A DNA stretch of 64,000 nucleotides from Massalongia carnosa (Eukaryota). The notes under the pieces were generated by a model. It searched no databases, was not told where the DNA came from, and saw only the letters and a program-made list of their open reading frames with translations. The DNA lies in the NCBI GenBank assembly GCA_965645245.1, contig OZ287070.1, positions 2,728,001 to 2,792,000 on the forward strand. Reading direction: 5' to 3'. Positions within the stretch are counted from its first letter, which is position 1. Each line of letters begins with the position of its first letter. Positions 36,787 through 50,369 of the stretch are shown here, piece after piece. A program made the translations under genes and the position numbers.

Positions 36787-37709
36787 TTTGCAAAGAGATT
36801 TTCTGCCGTTTGTTGAAGACGATACTAATGGAGGCAACGAGTCTGACAATGATGTACAAGAACAATTAGGATATTACTAGCTTTCAGCTCTTTATTAAAG
36901 CGGCAATAGTAATTTAACGATATGATAATAAATAATAATGTGATAGTAAATGTAATAGTAATTAAATGATGCGGTGGTGCTTTAGTGATGTGGTGGTAGT
37001 TTAACGTTGCGAGCCTACGAAGCTTCGCTTTCCTACGAAGTTTGAGAATGCCACGCGGTGCGAAAAATAGTTGACACACCAAAAATATAAAATAATTATG
37101 ATAGGCTACATCGTTAAGTAATATATTTCAAAAAAGTTAAGGTGAATTTGAACACATAACTCTATTACTCTACCAAGTCTGTTTTACTGGTTCATCTGTT
37201 GTTGATTTTCTATATTATGTTGAAGCTTTGATAGTTGTGTGGTTTTATGCGTACTGACGAGTTTTGGTGATGTGGTGGGGCGACATGTGTCATCTATGGT
37301 CAGGTGACATGGCAGGCCTGTGTGGGGATAAAACGGTTTTTTGCTGGCGTTTTCTTCATGATCCCCGGACATCATCTTCTATCACCTACGCTGTTATCAT
37401 CATCGTCGTGTCACGTAGTCATCGACACACGTTCATTTCGTGCATCAACTAGTCGTTCAGTCGTTCAGTCGTTCAGTCGTCGAGTTCTTTTCATGTCTAT
37501 CAGTCGTAGGTCCTATCAGACGTTTGTGTGTGTGTATGGTTCACTGCTCAGTTCGCCATCTATCATCACGTACCACAACCTTCCATTAGCACGCACGACT
37601 ACCCTTCTTCAGTGTGTCAACTTTTTTTCGCACCGCGTGAATGCTTCTTGGAGGGAGAGGATTAAGCGAGCGACTAGCCGACGATTAGTAGGCGAAAACG
37701 ATTAGTTAC

Positions 37710-38270
37710 TGGTGCACGCGGGTGAAAAAAAATGGGCAAGGTGAGCCGAAACTCCCCTACCAAAACTTACCCCTTTTCTTCCCCTTTTTCTTCCTCATTC
37801 AACATTTCAAATGCCATCCCACTACGATACACCTCAAAAGGCCAAGGTGTAGGGGAGCTTATGAATTTCTTCTTGCAAAAGACATTTCGATCCTCGAGAG
37901 ATTTTTCAGCATTTTGGCATTCGAAGCGAGAGACAGGGCTATAAGATCATTCGAAACGGAGCATCTTCTAGAAGAAGACATCATTCAACGCTCGTTGAGA
38001 CACGCGGTCGCCAATCAAAAGTCACGGAAAGCATAAATACAGGATGCAGATCACATTCTACAAGATGAGGGGCTACAGTTGGAAGGAAAACGATACACAT
38101 GGGAACAATTGGCTATGGAGATTGGGGCCGACGTTGTCGGTCGTACAATGCACAATGTTATGTCGGCTGCTCTAACTATGAGAAATGTCTGGCCTGCGTC
38201 AAGGGATGGCTGGCCGACCCACCTATGGAAAGACGGGTCGAATTTGCTCACATGATGCTGACCAGATATC
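37710..38270 (+). mobile_element. Tc1-like element 5' remnant
   Basis: MPSHYDTPQKAKV*GAYEFL from 37811 and YEKCLACVKGWL..RRVEFAHMML, typical of fungal Tc1 N-termini; cut by the MULE end. Confidence 0.65.
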
Positions 38271-40869
38271 GAGGTGCTTAGGGACAGTCCCCCCCCGACC
38301 GTCCCCCCCCCCCCCCCCCCCCCCTGTGTAAAATCTTTGCTAGTAAACAGCTATTTCACTGCTTATCCAGGGTGCGTACAAGCTAGTAATGCAACTGCCA
38401 ACAGCACATTAAACTCTTTTCGGTTTAAATCGTAAGACCTGTTATTGCTACTAATAATTACCCTACTCGGTCTGATAAAGCATATCCTCACCCCCACCCT
38501 CACCCTCACCCTCACCCTCAGCCTCAGCCTCAGCCTCAGCCTCACTTACCATTTGCCCTTGCCCTTGTCCTAACCCTTTACCCTCCCTAAATCTCCCCTA
38601 CCACTTATGCTATACCTCATAGTATATATTTTACTACTCCTCATCGCGATGGAGTTCGATCCCACTTCTTTGGATGCACGGAAGCAACATGCCATTGCCC
38701 TTCTACCCCCACCTCACCTCCTCCCTCCGCAAGAGAATGCGTTATTTTCGTCTTGGGAGGAGGCAAAGACTCGTCTTCAAGACTATGCCTTCACCCAAAG
38801 CTTCGCGTTGGGCACAGAAACTCACTATAAGAAAAACCATTTAATCGTATTAGACTGCACACGCCACCACAAAAGAGTTAGAAACACTAGAAAAGTAGAG
38901 GAGGAAGACCGGGTGCGAGCCAATACCAAAGTTTCGTTCAATGAGTGCCCTTATCGCCTCCGTCTAAAAAAAAACAAAGACAATGCATGGAGACTAATAG
39001 TCACTAACTCCGAGCACAATCATGAGTTGGCCACTGATCCCTTTGCATTCAGAGAACATCATAGTAGGGACCCTGATTGAACAGATGCCATAGATCAAGG
39101 GAAGAGTCTCCGTGCATCGTCAACCCAATATGGCCAAGCAGCGAGAATATTAGGAATCCAAGGACTCCGTCTGTCGAGGAGCGATTATTATAATCTCACT
39201 CATTCGGAGGGAGCTCACACGCCTGAAGAAGAGCTTCTTTTTGCCTTGGGCTCGTTGAAAGACAGGGGCTTTCATGTACGGTGTAAGGAAAAATATATTG
39301 TTAAGAATAATGTGCGTGAGAGACGGGTGATAGAACACATATTTTTTTGCAATGCAGAGCAAATTAGGCTGGCTCGACGTTTCGTGGGTGGGTTTTTATT
39401 AGAAACGGATGCAACGTTCAATACTAATAAATTGAACTTGCCTTTATCCGTTTTGGTTGGAAGCACTAATACCGACCTTTCGTTTCCCGTCGCTTATTGC
39501 TATATAACTTCCGAATCGGCCGAATGTTTCACTTTTATTTTCGAATGTATGAAAGAGTTGATTTTTCATGATGATTGCCCCGGGCCTGGGGTGATTCTCG
39601 GGGATTTTGCAGTTGGGTTGACTGTAGCCATGCAAAGAAAAGCTAAAGCTCCTGCAATTGATCTCGATGCTACATTGACCATTGCAAGAGAGATCGCCGA
39701 AAATCTAAACCAATCAACGATGAAAGCGGGCGAGGAGAGATGCGTTTTGCAGCTGTGCACGTGGCATGCGGCCGAGGCAATAAAAAAAGAACTGATCAAG
39801 GCAGGAAAATATCCCCAAGAAGTGCGCAAAAAGCTGGAGACTCTGATTTAGGATTATATAAAATCCCTCACTATTGATGAGTTGGATGAGAGACGAAGAA
39901 AGTTGCTGAATGAACTTCATCCCGCAGAAAAGGTTAGTAGTCATATATCAAATTAAATTTCAGGCGAGTTAGGGCTACTGCTAACGCTACCTCTTTCGCA
40001 GGATTATCTCATGAATTTCTATCAACGTCAAGAAATTCAATTCGTGCATGCATATACTACCAAACTCCCTAATTTAGGCGCACACAGCACACAGTGTTCA
40101 GAAGGTCTACATTCATTGGTTAAAAATGTGACCAATAGAAATACTCCTATAAGACAATCGGTGCAGAAAATATGTGATGAGGTGCGGAAAAACGATTAGA
40201 TCAGGAGATTTTGTGCAATCAACGGCGGATACACAATCCTAGATTGATCGATAGAAATGCTTTTACGCTACTCATTGGGAAAATTACGCATCATGCCATT
40301 GGCCTCGTTTCAAGAGAACTCGATGCCGCCAAATCATTAGCTGAACGAATCCTCTCTATTGTCCCTGATGGTGGAAGCTGTGTTTATGATTGTGAATTGC
40401 CTTTAAGGTACGGTCTCCCATGCAAATGCTGTTTGTATAAATGCATCATCGACTCGGTCCCTATTCCCGTTTCCCTCATCCACCCCGCTGGTTTTTTGAT
40501 GACTCACCTTATGCGGTCTCTTGGCAAATGACCTTCGATTTCGCTCGTGGCTCGGAGCCCGAGGTCGCAAAGATCGTCGATGAGGTCGAAGGGAAGGGAG
40601 AGATTGAGGCGGATAAGGATGAGGTCGAGCTCGAAGAAGGAGTGTTGAGTGAGGATAGATTTCGCCGCGGGGGCCTTGATTTGCTACATTCTGTGGCATA
40701 TCAATCTATTGACCTGTATCAATCAATAGAAGATTCTCATCGAAGGGAGGAGTACGCTCGCGAGCATGCTCACATCGTTGAAAAGTTCAATAAGAAATGG
40801 CAAAAGAAGGAGCAGGTAAGACCTCTCATCCCCACCACAGTCCCCGACGAAATTCGGCCCAAAGAAAAC
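38271..40869 (+). mobile_element. Mutator-like (MULE) element, degenerate, 3' end lost
   Basis: FAR1-like N-terminus (CPYRL..HNH), ETDATFNTN..LPL, GDF, QLCTWHA, intron about 39933-40001 (GTTAGT..CTAAC..CAG), SEGLH, SWIM-like CELPLRYGLPC; C-rich TIR-like start. Confidence 0.88.
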
Positions 40870-41253
40870 TGTGGGTTTACCCCAACTCGTGGCACCAGAC
40901 GTATGACTACGTTAGTGCTTGAGTTAGATGGTAAAGTTGTTCTATTAGCTAGTAGCGAGCGTGGGCTATATAGGCGTGTGCTCCTTTTCGGGGTCACGTG
41001 GCTGGCTAGGCGTCCCGTGCCTAACAGTGACGAAGGCCTTAATACCCTCTAGTCGTGCCCACAGCCCGTTCTATCTACTAGTGCTACTAACACTGGAACC
41101 ATTTAGAAAAACGAAATAAACCCCCTCTGTGCCTCGATGCCGGGTTGCATCTATGTCTGCTGTCCCCCTACGCCCGGCTTTGCTTGCCTGTGTGAGGCTT
41201 CATATAGCGTCTCACTCAACCCAACTCGCAACTGACATAGCGCGGCCTCAGGT

Positions 41254-44200
41254 TCATTGAACATCATCACCCTGCCATTTTATCGCCGCCCTACAGTCTG
41301 ATGCTCGTTCTACCCACTCGGTCGTATCTAGGTTGATGCGATTAGTATCAATCACCGTTTTGAGGGCCGAGGATGCCTTTCTCTTGGTCATGGAGTCGGC
41401 GGGGTTGTTGTGGCCATGAATCCATTTCACCTCGGTCACCTCACGTCTCTCGTATGACTGACGGAGACTCATGACATCAATCAATAAGCGTTTCTCTTGG
41501 GTCGTCCCGAGTTTTACTAAGCAGTCATATAGCGATTTTGAATCCGTGCAGAGAATCAGTGGAATGTCGGTTCCGAGAAGTTTGCTAAGGGTTGCCTTTA
41601 TGACGGCCCCGATATCGAACCCATGTGCCATGCCATATAGCTCGGCGGCCAAGACACTCCGCGTCACCCTTTACACTTAATTGATGACCAATGAATGACG
41701 TTGGCTTTGTCAGTCGAGTCAGCAAGTGCATATGACATAACCGATTTGTGATGAGAGGTCTCGGTTGTTGGCAAAGGATGAATCGGTGAAAACGACCAAC
41801 TGAAGGCTGTTTCGATCGAGTTTGACGTATTTCAGCCCTTGGGATTGATTGTCTATTTGCCACTTAAGTCGCTTGTTTAGGGCATTGATATCATCTGAGG
41901 AGAACTTTGTTGACTGAGCGGCATAAGATAGATCAAAAGAGGCCTCGGGCTGACAGATGGAAGCTGTGTATGCACCTCTAGCTCGTTGGGCCACATATTG
42001 CTCTCTCGAAGACAACTTTTCTCGAACGATGCCTCGCGAGCTAGTTGTCGAGGCGTCATGATTCTTAACCAGCGAGATGCCTCCAACACGAGTTTCCTGG
42101 CTCAACATGATGTCTCTGCTCGGGGCGAGTCGGATCATGGTGCCATTGAACTTGATTGGGGTTTCGAGGATGAGATGAGTGCGCTCTTTAGTCATGATCT
42201 TAGCCTTCTTGATAGCATCTTCTTCTTCGGCCGAAAAGGTGTCGCTTGCTAGCATAAGGGTGTCGTCAGTTTGTAGGCCAACGATGCCAAAAGGCTCGGA
42301 TTTGTAGAGTAGGCATGGATCGTAGGTTGACTCGGTCATGCCGAGTTTTCTAGTATGATGGGCATGATACGTGGCGAACCAATGATTGCCTGCTTCCGGG
42401 ACGCCATAGAGAGGTTTTATGACTTTCAGGATGCAGTTGGATGGAGCTCCCATCATCGCGGTGAGTTCATGAGGCGGGCGGATGTAAAAGTCACGATTCA
42501 ACTCGGAATTTGATTGAACGTATGCCTGAGTGACGTCGCGAAGGTATAGCTTTGTTGACTCGTTTTGAAATGTTGCTTTGAGGCAGATGATAAGACGTTG
42601 ACTGACTCGTTGAATTGTCGATGACTGTGTCAGAACGAGGTCTTTATTGAGGTCATTGTAGGCCTGTACGACCAGACGTGATTTCTCGAAAGCCTTATCG
42701 GTGCCAGGATTCTTTATTTCGTCAACAAACCTCGAGTTGAAAACGCGTGCGTCATCTGGAACGTCTTCAGAATTTACGAGTTTGAATACACCTTTTTCTA
42801 GAAGTCCGGCGACTTCCTTTTGCCTCGATGAGGTAAATTGGGGTAATTTCGAGATGTCGTCATCATTATCTTCAGGAGTATCGATGACGAAGCAGATGTG
42901 GAAGGCGTAGTGAAATTGACATGTTCGGGATGCTTTCTGGGTCTTCCACGGCCACGTTTGACTGGTGCTGATGGTGCTGATGAAGGTGAGGCAGTCGGGG
43001 CAATGATTCCCGAGACGAGGGGATTCGTAGGAGGGGTGTCTCTTGCATCGATCGAGGGAACATGTCCCGAGGTGCGGGGGTTAATAGATGAGGCATCTCC
43101 TGTACCATCATCTATACGTCCTGCACCAACGTCGGCGTCTCCTGCGCTTTCGTCATCTTTTTCATCTTTATTTGTATCCTTCATGCCATCAGCAGCAAGG
43201 TCGTAGTACGGTTTCAACGAGGTGGAACGGAATTTGGTGGGTCCGCTCGACAGCTCGATGATAGCTGACTCGCCTTGTAGGCTGAGAAGTTTGTATGGTC
43301 CCTTCCACGTCCCTGATCGACCTGCATTGCCTTCTCGGAATACTAGCACCGGCGAATTGATGGGCAAGTCGTGAATCAAGGTGGTGGATGGGCCGTTTCG
43401 AGTGTTCAATGCATCATTAACCTGACGAGATGCATGCAGCTTGCGTACCTCCTCCATAGCCTTTCTCATGGCTATCGTGCGTTGGGTGATTGTAGGCGAG
43501 GGAGCATCCATTTCAGTCATTCTCGGGTAGGCACCGAACACAAGCAACGTCGGAACTAGACCATTCGGTCCTACCGAGTCGTTGAGTGCCTTGAATGCCA
43601 TTTGTAGGGCCAACTCGGGCTCGATTCCGGGAATTTCGGCAGTTATGATGCTATATGCTCGACGAAGTGGTCCATGATAGCGTTCAACTAGACCGATGGA
43701 GTGATGCGCTTCGACGGGGACGTTTTTGACAATGATTCCCATGTTTGCAGCATATTGTCGGAATTCCCTGGCCATGAACTGTTGCCTGCATCGGCCGAGA
43801 TGAGGTCGGGGGGGCCGAGATAGGTATCGATCCAACATGCCCGTAGCTGATCCCATACATGTCTGGCCGAAATGTCCTTCAGCCACCGTCCTGCTTGAAA
43901 TCGAGTTGCCTCGTCGACTAACTGCAGCACCGCCTTGCCTTCTATGTAAAGAATATCGACGACAATGTAGTAATTAAACTCGACGTCATCTTTTATGGTA
44001 AAACCGAACCTGCCTGGCGACTTTCCGTGCTTCTGACAATGGTGGCAATATTTAACGAGGTATTCTAGGGCTCGAAGGTCGACATCATGACCTGATCGCT
44101 CGAGAATCCGATGTAGGCGCGAGACTGATGGGTGCCCGAAGCGACGATGTAGTCGGCGGAGCTCGGTGGTAGTTAAGAAGCATGGATTTTCCGAGAATGA

Positions 44201-46448
44201 TTCAGTCGCGAGGGCATATGCGGATGTGCACCATAAAAGAAACGCATGACCATACCGGCGAATCACAGGATGAGTATGTTGGGCTTGAACAACTTGATTG
44301 GTTAGGTTATTGAAGAAGGCACCTAGCTTGTCCATGTCGGCGAGGCAGAGGAGAAACGGCGTATTGACTCGTACGATATGAAAGACGATTCTTCCTATGG
44401 GGGTATTCAGGTTGACCGTGCCGATTGAAGACGTACTACCGATGCCAAAGACGAAATTTGCTGACCCAGCCGTTGTCTCGTCGAGTTTATCGAGATGATC
44501 TTCTGCAAGGCCTTTAGCTGCCCAATGCCACCGGTTGACCGAGTTGCAGCACCGGAATCGATCAGTAGCCCTTTAAATTCGGACTCGTCGTAGCGAGTGT
44601 CGGTTGACGTGATAAAACTGTAGGGCACTGAGACGGGGGCGATGGTATTGTCTGACTAAGTTATGCGATGTTCGAATGCCTTATTGGTCAGCATGTTGAT
44701 CGCATTAATAGACACAACTGCATGAAGGGTGCCAATCGAGGTATGAAAAATCTCGGTAGCGACCTCTGCATCAAGAGAAGGGGCTTTTGCCTCGATGGAC
44801 AGGTCTCCGAAAAAGTGAGCTATTTCGTCTTCATCTTCATCATCGCCCTCATAATTAGCGATGTATTGACGAAGATTGCGTTCATAGCCTGAGCGATTTT
44901 TGTACTTGGGATGCCTATCTCCCCAGCGCTTCTTGGAGTCCTCCTGTTCTTTCGATGAGTGGTTCGTTGACCAGCATCCTTCTTCATCGCATACGAAGCA
45001 GCGTTTTTGACGCATTGGGCCACGAGACGGGTTTCGAGACTGGTTTCGAGATGAATAACTTGATCGGTTGAAACGTTGTCCGCCGCGAGAGCGAGGGTTG
45101 AAACCGCCTCGGCGATACTGCCGATCGGTGAAGAAAGACTCCTCATCGTCCTCATTCTCGCCTAGATAGCTCCCCTGCGCGGACTTATGCACCGCTTCAT
45201 AATTGACGATTGAGGCATAGAGGTTATTGACCAATCCTGGTGTGTCCTGTGGTGGATTTGTTAAACCGGCCGCGAGTACTGGGTGACCCCTACAGGCCCG
45301 AATGATGTTTTCTCGCAGATGAATTGACCCGTGATATGCCGTGTTGATGCCTCGTTGTATCGTGTCCAGCTCGGTGCATAGCTTTCTGAGACACTCGGTT
45401 GTCGACAGCGAGGGGTTGGCCGAGATAACATCGTTCAGGGAGATGGTTTGCCACTTTGCCAGATTGTAGCGTTCCCACTCGGGCCCTTCAAAGAATGTCC
45501 TCATGTTTTGACAGAAATCATCAAACGACGCGGCGGAACCTCGATTTGCATAGTAATGAGTCAATGCCTGACCAGAAAGCATAATCGAGGCTCCATGAAT
45601 GAACGCGATATGAGGTAGTCCGACTCGCCTGCATTTGTCGAGGAATATGGTGAGTTTGAAACCGAAGTTGTCGCCCGTGCCACTAAACTTGTCGTTATCC
45701 TTGTAGATTTTCTCTAGCAGAGTCAATTCCTTGGCGTATTGATTGGTCGAGTTCTCCTGAAATTGATGATGAGGCGTTTGATGCGATGATTGACTCGGAG
45801 GTAGTTGTTGCGAGATCTGCTGAGTAAATTGTGGGGACTGCGACGCGAGGGGTGCCTGAGGTATGTACGGATTTGGTGATGCAGACTGATGCAATGGGGT
45901 CTGGAGTCTGGTATCCTGGTACGATTGTGTTCTCGGATCCGCAGATAGACCTCGCGAGTTTGCAGCGATGAGATTTAGGTTATCTGACTCGATGATGCTC
46001 ATGAGTTCTCGCTTTCGGTCGAGGGTTTTCTCGGATAGATGTTTATATCGTCCTTGAACCCATTTAATTTGTTCGAGAGTCCAGTCCAGTTCCCATTCCG
46101 TGTTGATAGCCTTTCTCATGAAGGATGCGCGAGTCCTGCCGGGCCCGTAGTTGTGATCGATCCAAATGCCGTGTTGATAGCACTAGGCCTTTACGAGTTC
46201 CCAGTGTCTCGATCGAATTTGTTGAAATGCTCCTCTTTGAAGTGCTCGAAGTTTCCCTGGACGATATTCCATAGATAGTAGTCCTCGTAGTCATTGTCTG
46301 CGTATCTTTGGAAGTGATATTTAACATATTTCTTGATTGTCTCGGCATCGGCCGTCTCCGGATCGATGCCGTTGGAAAAGGGATTTGTTGACTCGGTTGA
46401 CTCGATCGCGTTTTCGGCGCTCGGAGCAACGCTCGGAGAACCTGCCAT
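41254..46448 (-). pseudogene. GalEa-like gag-pol, multiple frameshifts
   Basis: CFVCDEEGCWSTNH knuckle, LIDSGAA protease, [51 protein letters not shown] RNase H. Confidence 0.92.
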
Positions 46449-46509
46449 CGTCAGCGATAGCGAGGTTTTCAGGTTTTAATGATTGGGGTATTCTGATCTG
46501 AATAGCTAA

Positions 46510-46519
46510 ACTGATCAGT
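46510..46519 (-). promoter_or_regulatory. Palindromic hairpin site at the PBS position (fungal GalEa-type)
   Basis: Perfect palindrome ACTGATCAGT straddling the LTR end; no tRNA PBS. Confidence 0.7.
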
Positions 46520-46741
46520 GTGGGTTTACCCCAACTCGTGGCACCAGACGTATGACTACGTCAGTGCTTGAGTTGGATGGTAAAGTTGTTCTATTAGCTA
46601 GTAGCGAGCGTGGGCTATATAGGCGTGTGCCCCTTTTCGGGGTCACGTGGCTGGCTAGGCGTCCCGTGCCTAACAGTGACGAAGGCCTTAATACCCTCTA
46701 GTCGTGCCCACAGCCCGTTCTATCTACTAGTGCTACTAACA

Positions 46742-49700
46742 CTATAAAACCCTGTTCAAAATGACTTTTTTCTGACCGAGGGGGGGTCTGACCTATAAAA
46801 CCATATTTGGGACAATTTGTAATGATTTGTAAGGTATAGGGCAATTTTGTATGTGAAACTAACAGAGTTCTCCCAAAAATTCTCTGAAAATCAATCTTCC
46901 TCTACGTCCATCTCGCTATCATCATGATCATTTGTTTATCGTCTGAAACAATCAATTGAGCACCCTGTTTACCTTCCAACCTGTTTACCTTCCAAAACAA
47001 ACTCATTCCTATCCTCTATCTGCACCTCATCACCGGCCTTCTGAATATTATCGACCGTGTCGGGCTCTTCTACCTCTTGTATATCCTCCTGACCGGCCGA
47101 AAGCCTCCATTCTCCGACTTTTACGTCTGGAATGTCTTTGATTGAGAGCTCGTTATCTTCCGAACCATCTATAGCTAAAGATAATCCAAGCTTTCGAAAG
47201 GTCTGACGAATCAGAGAGGCATTCTCGCGATGAATATCCCTCCATGCCTGACCCACCTAGTGTGTTAGCATAATCCGTCGTTCACCAACCGTGTATGAGC
47301 CTTTGTTCTACTTCTCGAAATTCTCGTCATAATGAATGTCGGCCAGCTCGGAAATTCGATTTTTCAGAGGTTTGTTGATGGCTACGTCGAGAACCTGCAC
47401 AAATCCGGTACAGCCGGATGGAATAAACGATGCCGTGACATTCAAATCTCGAAAGACTTGTTTAACCTGTCAATTTGTTAGTAATCTGAAGTAGCATTGA
47501 ATTCAATTACAAACCTCGTCGGTTTTTTGTCCCGCAAATACATCTAAGGATAAAAATCGTCGAGTATTATTGTTTGAAAATCTTGTACAGTCAAACCTTC
47601 CTAATCTGTCTCATGGTCTCGTTCAATCAAAGGGTGACTATAACTGTCCAGAATCTGTTCAAATATCTCCTCCTCGTTGTCTTCCACCACCTCATCCACG
47701 AGATCCAAGAAATGATCTATCTTCATCGCCTCTGTGATGTGATTTTTGTCTTGTAGAGTCCGTATTGTAGCGTCCATCTGCTTGATCATCTCTCGCTGCT
47801 TGACATCATCTGCATTAGACTGCTCCTTCCACCCCAATTGTATAGCCACACTTTCCGAAACAGGTCCGTACTTTGGACCCAAAACTTTGGATTTCAACCA
47901 GCAATTGGCAATTGTAGTAGAAGAAACGTCTTCTTGCCAAGCAGCTACACTCCATCGAAGAGCTTGTAGAATATGAATTGACTTTAACGGATCGCGATCC
48001 AAATCATATTCCGAACAGATGTAATTCAACCAATGCCGACGATAATGAGCTTTAAAGGCCTTGATGATGCCTTGATCAAGAGGTTGACAGACGCTTGTGG
48101 CGTTGGCAGGTAAGAAAAGTACCTAAAAAGTTGATTAATCGACGCTCTTGAAAATACACATCAGTCTAACGTACCTTGACGTTGTTCAGAGCAGTTTCAT
48201 CTGCTTCTAAAAGCTTTAATCTGGCGTGATGGGATGAAAACCCATCTACTAGAAGCACTACATTGCGATCTGCGGTCAAAGCGTTGAACCATAGAAGATA
48301 CTCTTTGAATATCTTGCCTGTCATCCATGCTTTTTTGTTATGACGCCAAGTCATCGGTAGGTTTTCTATCTTGACGCCAGATCGAGCAAAACAGCGAGGC
48401 TTTGCTGCCGTTCCAATAAACCAGGGATCCATCTTGTGACCCATGACATTACAACAAAGATTGATGGTGATTCTAGACTTATTCAACTTAACACCAGCTG
48501 AATCAGACACTGCCAAGGTACGATCCGGCGTCATTTTCCAGTATAGAGCTGATTCGTCCATGTTATAGATGTCTTCATTAGGATACGACTTTAGTTCTTC
48601 CCTGAGATTCACGAGTTCAAGCTCCACTGTTGCTTGATCTACCGCAGCAGCTTCGCCATGACGAACTACTCTATGAATCTTATACCGCTTCTTGAAGCCG
48701 TCCAACCAGCCTGTTGAGAATTTGGGCTCCTCAACGCCTTGATATTGCGGCATTCGAGCCCAGAATCTTTTGGCCATGGCCTTCAATATATCACCTGTTA
48801 TGGTGGCATGCTTGAGCTCCTGTTTCTGCTGCCATTCGTACAACGCCATCTCCAGATCTTCCCAATTTGCTGGCTGTCTCTTCTTTGATTGCGGATGAAT
48901 GAGTCTTGAATCATCCAGATGATCATACTGATGAGACAAACAGAGTAAGGATTGAGACAGCTTACGACCAAACTGATTTAGAAACCAGGCTATTAAGGAG
49001 TTGGAATTGGGCTTGGGATGATCCGCCTGGTTATAGTGAGCTCGCAAGGCCTTTCTCTCAGCGTCAGTAATAGCTCGTCGTTGCTTGACGCCGGCGGAGG
49101 AGCTAATAGGTCTATTCAAGATGGACGACATGATGTTGTGAATACTCGGCGAATATCTTGGAAGTAGGAGGCTAGGTTATCAAATGCTAATACAACAAAC
49201 GGGAACGACTTGGCTAATCAGCTTAACCAGAGCTTGGTTTGTGACTGCTTCTATTACTACCTCTAGTAAAGAGTGATTCTATGAAAATATAGCAGAATAG
49301 GCTCCCTATATATATACCTATCAAAAAACTACACTGCATTATTTAAGCAGGAAGTTCGGTCGAGGTGCAACCTGGCTTCTATGTATAACGATACCCTACA
49401 AAAATTTTGAGATTTACTAACGATATCGTAATAGGGAGATTATCGTTATTTTGCACCTAAAATTGCCGGATTTCTCCAACCAATCGTTGTGGAGCGATTA
49501 TCGTTATAACCAAAATCGTTATAGGAAGGTTTGACTGTAGTTGCGAATTTATACAGCTGTTTTAGCCATCGAATCATAACTTTTGTATTGCAGTAAGCCT
49601 TTGAGTTCCATTGAACCACCACCCCTGAATCATACTGCTGCATTTCTTTTTTGATGCGACTGTTCTTGACGACATCTTGACCCTGAAATATAAGAAGAAG

Positions 49701-49955
49701 ATTGCAGCGATTCACACCATCAGCAGAAACATAAACAATCAATATGGCTTGCCTTTTATCCCATCCAGAGCGATGAGTCTTTATCCATATGGTTTTAGCT
49801 CCCTTGAAGTCATAACACTGACCCTGAAGAAACTCGTAAGAAATGGGAGTTTGATCCATATTACCAATATTGCAAAGACGATATCTTCCTCCTCCATGCA
49901 AAGGAATTTGATTCGATAATGGCTGAGAATTGCGACGATTAAACTGCAACTAGAG
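46742..49955 (-). mobile_element. pogo-like (DDE_1) element I, interrupted by element J
   Basis: NMDQTPI, AYCNTKVMIRWL; after removing J reads YKFATT-RFSNNNTRRFLSLDVF; intron near 47468-47514; IPSGCTGFVQVLDVAINKPLK; TATAAAACC subterminal repeats. Confidence 0.85.
47588..49537 (-). mobile_element. Tigger/CENP-B-like pogo element J with internal 3' deletion
   Basis: TA TSD, perfect 16-bp TIR CAGTCAAACCTTCCTA; transposase 49131-47601 with intron 48123-48174; FSTGWLDGFKKR, YNMDES, VDGFSSH, QPLDQGII. Confidence 0.93.
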
Positions 49956-50223
49956 CTCGATTACACATAGGGGGTTAAGTAAAGGCGTTTTTAGAAAGTC
50001 AGGCTTGATTCAAGCTACGAATACCAGACGGCTTCGAAGTTGGCCCAGGACGAGGCTGAATCGAAGCCTGAGCAGGATTCTGAACATGAGAAGAAGCTAT
50101 AATCATATAATTGGTTGATGATAGGACGATGAATAATGAATGGAAAGAGCATGCCAAAGGTCGAAAAATCGGGGAGAAATATTAAATTAATATGCGTTTT
50201 CGCGTTGTTTCTCCAGCTGACTA

Positions 50224-50355
50224 CCGTAATATCTAGCCCCCCTATAAAACCTCACCCACTTATAAAACCCCCCTACCTATAAAACCCTGTTCTAATTGAC
50301 CCTTTGACGGACCACCCCCCTATAAAACCAGGGTCTTATATGTCAATTAATACGG
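50224..50355. mobile_element. 132-bp MITE-like derivative of the element I family
   Basis: TA-CCGTA...TACGG-TA ends, four TATAAAACC motifs, CTATAAAACCCTGTTC shared with 46742. Confidence 0.65.
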
Positions 50356-50369
50356 TATTCGAAAGGCCG

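Larger units (their letters stand above)
34900..36850 (+). mobile_element. pogo/Fot1 transposase remnant carrying two solo LTRs
   Basis: NGFTSD, LIDNHGSH, QPLDVGLFQPHKH; the frame is rejoined across both solo LTRs; boundaries approximate. Confidence 0.85.
40870..46741 (-). mobile_element. GalEa-like Ty1/Copia element H, frameshifted
   Basis: 223-bp LTRs 40870-41092 and 46519-46741 (3 differences seen); flanks AAAAC/CTATA do not match. Confidence 0.92.

Noticed and set aside
38480..38580. RLRLRVRV repeat ORF
   Set aside because: Product of a CCTCAG/CCTCAC hexamer microsatellite in the MULE subterminal region
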